Positions 63,666 to 64,000 of a stretch of DNA of 64,000 nt are shown here, one piece after another. A program made the position numbers and the translations under genes. The notes below the pieces were generated by a model. It saw only the letters and a list, made by a program, of their open reading frames with translations. It did not search any database and had not been told where the DNA came from. Each line of letters opens with the position of its first letter. Position 1 is the stretch's first letter. The DNA is from Octopus sinensis. Taxonomy: Eukaryota. The stretch spans positions 27,838,001 to 27,902,000 of the forward strand of contig NC_043009.1 of the NCBI RefSeq assembly GCF_006345805.1, written 5' to 3'.

Positions 63666-64000
63666 CCTTTTCTTTTACTTGTTTCAGTCATTAGAATACG
63701 ACCATGCTGGGGCACCATCTTGAAGAATTTTATTTTTATTTGAATGAATTAACTCAATCCTTACTGTATATTTTTCTTTAAACCCGGTACTTGTTCTATC
63801 AGTTGCTGTTTGCTGTACTGCTATTTTACGAGGGTGCATACACACCCACACAGACTGACAAGCAGTGGTATAGACAAGCACACATACACACACACATACA
63901 CACACACACATACAAAGGACTTCTTTCAGTTTCCGTCTACCATATCCGCTCACAAGACTTTGGTCAGCTCGGGGTTATAGTAGAAGGCAATTTCCCAAGG
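63666..64000 (-). mobile_element. SINE family A (head runs off the window)
   Basis: Reverse family A tail and body. Confidence 0.85.

Overview
This is eukaryotic, AT-rich DNA saturated with microsatellites and retroposons. The repeat families resemble those of octopus/coleoid cephalopod genomes (my inference, not a search result). I recognise no complete protein-coding gene, rRNA, true tRNA or CRISPR array. Nearly every ORF in the supplied track is a translation of (CA)n/(TA)n/(TATC)n/(TAA)n tracts. The recognisable coding-derived sequence is four LINE remnants: RTE-like RT at ~5.6-6.6 kb, a CR1/L2-like 3' end at ~19.5-19.9 kb, and two R4/Dong-like endonuclease ends in tandem in a (TAA)n tract at ~53.0-53.9 kb. 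The window also has dozens of copies of about five short interspersed repeat families (labelled A-E here) and piggyBac-like and hAT-like MITEs. The best host-gene signal is a possible minus-strand first exon with a uORF-rich leader at ~23.4-24.1 kb. Most notable oddities: (1) a tRNA-headed retroposon carrying a Penelope-type minimal hammerhead core, inserted with a target duplication in one of two TTAA-sharing MITEs (44.9-45.7 kb); (2) perfect fold-back palindromes centred on (TA)n (57.0 and 17.8 kb); (3) a 65-bp-arm inverted repeat whose mismatches are mostly G-U on the + strand (60.9-61.1 kb); (4) element stacking in TAA/ATT microsatellites. Repeat boundaries are read by eye and good to about 10-20 bp.
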